From Macrostomum hystrix (lineage: Eukaryota > Animalia > Platyhelminthes), in assembly GCA_950097015.1 (NCBI GenBank), contig CATNEN010000008.1:62001-126000 (forward strand): a stretch of 64,000 bases of DNA. Reading direction: 5' to 3'. The translations under genes and the position numbers were made by a program. This document shows, piece after piece, positions 60,601-64,000 of the stretch (position 1 is the stretch's first letter; each line of letters begins with the position of its first letter). Below the pieces are notes generated by a model, which was not told the DNA's origin, did no database searches, and saw only the letters and a list, made by a program, of their open reading frames with translations.

Positions 60601-62915
60601 TTGTAAGCTACTTAGTGTTTTAGGTTCTTTGGGTTGTAGGCTACTTAGTGTTTTAGGTTCTTTGGGTTGTAGGTTAGTTAGGGTTTTAGGTTCTTTGGGT
60701 TGTAGGCTACTTAGTGTTTTAGGTTCTTTGGGTTGTAGGTTACTTAGGGTTTTAGGTTCTTTAGGTTGTAGGCTACTTAGTGTTTTAGGTTCTTTGGGTT
60801 GTAGGTTGCTTAGGGTTTTAGGTTCTTTGGGTTGTTGGTTATTTAGTTTTTTATTTCTTTGGGTTGTAGGCTACTTAGGGTTTTAGGTTCTTTGGGTTGT
60901 TGGTTACTTAGTGTTTTTGGTTCTTTGGGTTGTAGGTTACTTAGTGTTTTAGGTTCTTTGGGTTGTAGGCTACTTAGTGTTTTTGGTTCTTTGGGTTGTA
61001 GGTTACTTAGTGTTTTAGGTTCTTTGGGTTGTAGGTTACTTAGTGTTTTAGGTTCTTTGGGTTGTAGGCTACTTAGTGTTTTAGGTTCTTTGGGTTGTAG
61101 GCTACTTAGTGTTTTAGGTTCTTTGGGTTGTAGGTTACTTAGGGTTTTAGGTTCTTTGGGTTGTAGGCTACTTAGTGTTTTAGGTTCTTTGGGTTGTAGG
61201 TTACTTAGTGTTTTAGGTTCTTTGGGTTGTAGGCTACTTAGTGTTTTAGGTTCTTTGGGTTGTAGGTTACTTAGGGTTTTAGGTTCTTTGGGTTGTAGGT
61301 TACTTAGGGTTTTAGGTTCTTTGGGTTGTAGGTTACTTAGTGTTTTAGGTTCTTTGGGTTGTAGGCTACTTAGTGTTTTAGGTTCTTTGGGTTGTAGGTT
61401 ACTTAGGGTTTTAGGTTCTTTGGGTTGTAGGTTACTTAGGGTTTTAGGTTCTTTGGGTTGTAGGTTACTTAGGGTTTTAGGTTCTTGGGGTTGTAGGAGT
61501 ATACTCTTAGGGTGTAAGGTATTTTAGGTTTGCAGGTTCGCAGGGTTTAGAGTCGCACTCACGCAGACAGAATGCCGGCAAAGAATGGCGCAAAGCTATT
61601 GTCGGACAGAATTTCGCGCAGTTCAACCGGATGCGGCGGCATCAGGCAGAGAAATGCCGAGGCCAGCAGACTGGAGACGAAACTGCGGCTTAGCATGGCG
61701 GCGACGGCTGCGCAAAGGGAAATTTGAAATTATATTTTGTCATCGAAGTTTTAAGCGCGTAAATAAAGCAAATAACTGTTTGGAATACTTGGTCTGACGT
61801 GTGTCAGATTTTGCTCAGTGTCAGTGTCAGCTGGTGTTTGTGTGAGCTGGTGTTTGTGTCAGCTGGTGTTTGTGTCAGCTGGTGTTTGTGTGAGCTGGTG
61901 TTTGTGTCAGGTAGCGTCATTGTAAGCTGGTGTCTGTGTCAGTGTCAGCTGGTGTTTGTGTCAGATGCTGTCAGTGTCAGCTGGTGTTTGTGTCAGTGTC
62001 AGCTGGTGTTTGTGTCAGGTAGCGTCAGTGTAAGCTGGTGTCTGTGTCAGTGTCAGCTGGTGTGTGTGTCAGCTGGTGTTTGTGTCAGCTGGTGTCTGTG
62101 TCAGTGTCAGCTGGTGTTTGTGTCAGCTGGTGCTTGTCAGTGTCAGCTGGTGTCTGTGTCAGTGTCAGCTGGTGTCTGTGTCAGTGTAAGCTGGTGTCTG
62201 TGTCAGTGTCAGCTGGTGCTTGTCAGTGTAAGCTGGTGTCTGTGTCAGTGTCAGCTGGTGTCTGTGTCAGTGTAAGCTGGTGTCTGTGTCAGTGTCAGCT
62301 GGTGCTTGTCAGTGTAAGCTGGTGTTTGTGTCAGTGTCAGCTGGTGTTTGTGTCAGCTGGTGCTTGTCAGTGTAAGCTGGTGTCTGTGTCAGTGTCAGCT
62401 GGTGTTTGTGTCAGGTAGCGCCAGTGTCAGCTGGTGTCTGTGTCAGTGTCAGCTGGTGTTTGTGTCAGGTAGCGCCAGTGTCAGCTGGTGTCTGTGTCAG
62501 TGTCAGCTGGTGTTTGTGTCAGCTGCTGTCAGTCAGATCCAGCAAGGTCAAACTCACGCAGATTCTGCCTTGAATAATTCAAGGTCTCCCGATGCGTCTC
62601 CAGTGCCAGCACCCGGTCCACAATAAACGGCAGGGTGGCGCCGAAGAACTGTCGCCTCTCGTCCGGCCGCAGGCAGCTTTCTAAGAAACGACCCAAGCCG
62701 GCAAAGCAGGACCTGCTGCGGCCAGCACCGGCGGTGGTGCCGCCAACACAGCTGGCGTGCAGCTGATCTAAGGCCCGCATCAGAGTGGAAGTTTTTCCGT
62801 CATTCTGACGCAACAAAAGCAACAATTTGCGCAACTCCGGCCAGTTAGGAAGATCGACGGGCAATCTGACCGCAGATATGTGCAACGAATGAGGCGGCTG
62901 CTGCTGCTGCTGCAT
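55927..62915 (-). CDS. PARG: Poly(ADP-ribose) glycohydrolase-like protein with divergent catalytic loops and a 388-aa low-complexity insert; 7 exons, ~875 aa
   Basis: Exons 62915-62558, 61707-61563, 60242-59936, 59000-58677, 58132-56969, 56535-56365, 56085-55927. All GT-AG, phases join, 2628 nt. PARG motifs: FFGATLPFI, SLLASAFLC, EKLRCILAYF, GQEEVNFCVHPELLV, MDAL, RELNKAFVGF, VATGNWGC..GGD..LK. Confidence 0.9.
56565..56950. repeat. 22-bp minisatellite (ACATTCCTCAGGTAGGATTATC)n in PARG intron 5
   Basis: Directly visible. Confidence 0.95.
58171..58420 (-). mobile_element. SINE family B (CORE-like), copy 2, in PARG intron 4
   Basis: The reverse complement aligns with 22193-22450 across head, core and 3' part. 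Confidence 0.82.
59200..59905. repeat. ~22-24-bp pyrimidine-rich minisatellite (TTCTAACTCGCCTCTCTCCACC)n in PARG intron 3
   Basis: Directly visible. Confidence 0.93.
60302..61530. repeat. 33-bp G/T-rich minisatellite (GGGTTGTAGGTTACTTAGGGTTTTAGGTTCTTT)n in PARG intron 2
   Basis: Directly visible. Many units contain TTAGGG; others carry TTAGTG. Confidence 0.95.
61815..62530. repeat. (GTGTCAGCTGGTGTTTGT / GTGTCA)-based array in PARG intron 1
   Basis: Directly visible. Confidence 0.93.
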
Positions 62916-63613
62916 GGTCGGGTCTCTCAAACAAGAAACTAACCGATACAGTAGCTACAGAATAGTACAAAGTGTACTTAACGATTTTGAATCGTTCAGG
63001 CTGTTGCTCTAGCTTCGGAAGACTGGAATGAGATTTTTTACGGTAGCACTCATCGTAATAACCCCGTAAAAACGGAACATGGTACAAAAAGGCTAAAGTG
63101 TGACAGTGTTCCGTTTGATAAATTCTGTATAACTTTATAAACTTCAAAATGACGTTTCAAATTATCGCCTATGGTCTAACCTCTTGTTTATTTTACCAAT
63201 CTAGAGTGCCAAGAAAAATGAAATAAGAAAAAAACTGAAAAACAACTAGCGCGGTACAATATCACTCGCATCATAACGCTCTCCAGATTTCTCGTGTATT
63301 TCGTGAAGGGTCAATTAAGTTAATCTAAGCAAAATTAGAATTTAAGAAACTAGGCATTTGCTGTTTGTGTCTGGGGGAGGCCGACGCATGGGTCCAAATA
63401 TCTCTAACCAAATTACTATGAGTAGGATCTAAAGAATGTGCGAAAATCCCTTTGTTAACTATATACCCATTAAAGTACACATGCACTTTAAAAAGTGCGA
63501 GTTATCTACTTTAAAGTACACGTGTACTAAAAAAGTACTAGCGAAAGGACATTGGTAGGCTAAAGTGACAGAATATGAAAAGTACATCCGTTGCTACAAT
63601 AAATGTAATTTTT

Positions 63614-63931
63614 TTATTCGGACCCAGACAGCAGGCCGCGACAGGCGGATGTTAAACTGCTGGGCGCTCGCGCGAGCCAGGCGCAAGCGGCGGCGACTCC
63701 GCTATTCCATTGGCCGGCCGCGTTGTCAACTAGTTGGCCCCCGCTAGGCGCCGAGTCGACCATTGCCGCTGCCTCCGGCAGGATTTCGCGTCGCAGCCTG
63801 GTTGCAGCCGGATTCGGCAGGCCGGCCTGGAGGCTCCAGACGCCGGCTGAGTGCGTGGCCCATAGGGCGCCGCCGACTAGGCTCAGCTTGCTAGCGCGAA
63901 TCAGCCACGGGATTAGAACAGCCTGCAACAT
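63614..63931 (-). CDS. MICOS13: MICOS complex subunit MIC13 / QIL1, single exon, 105 aa
   Basis: Size ~105 aa. N-terminal hydrophobic KLSLVGGALWAT..GVW segment and C-terminal QWNSGVAAACAWLARAPS match the QIL1 pattern (K.S..GGA.Y...; WN.G.......L..AP) as recalled. Confidence 0.8.
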   Translation of the reverse strand: MLQAVLIPWLIRASKLSLVGGALWATHSAGVWSLQAGLPNPAATRLRREILPEAAAMVDSAPSGGQLVDNAAGQWNSGVAAACAWLARAPSSLTSACRGLLSGSE

Positions 63932-64000
63932 GATTGGTCAAAAACTAACATGAAAGAAACGAAAACTACCGAGAATCTACTATGAATGGAGTGGAAACTA

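Overview
Eukaryotic (metazoan) genomic DNA with GT-AG introns, GC-rich polyQ/polyG-containing exons and a different minisatellite in most long introns. This architecture is consistent with a free-living flatworm such as Macrostomum (inference, not shown by the sequence). Six spliced or single-exon protein-coding genes were reconstructed by hand with consistent exon phases: a NEK9/NEK8-like kinase (-), a delta-catenin/p120-family gene (+), an atypical Rho GTPase nested antisense in a delta-catenin intron (-), a PROP1/unc-42 homeobox gene (-), a PARG-like gene (-) and MIC13/QIL1 (-). The window also holds a 5'-truncated LOA/Lian-type LINE with an intact RNase H ORF inserted in a 32-bp minisatellite, at least two tRNA-derived SINE families, and about 30 tandem arrays. 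The strongest leads are two apparent pseudoenzymes (the nested Rho with G1/G2/G3 substitutions; the PARG with altered substrate-binding loops and a 388-aa insert), a NEK kinase with a DUF4347-like N-terminus and a CaaX tail, and a 14-bp palindrome conserved across diverged SINE copies. Coordinates were counted by eye and array edges are approximate. No database searches were run, so novelty is not established.
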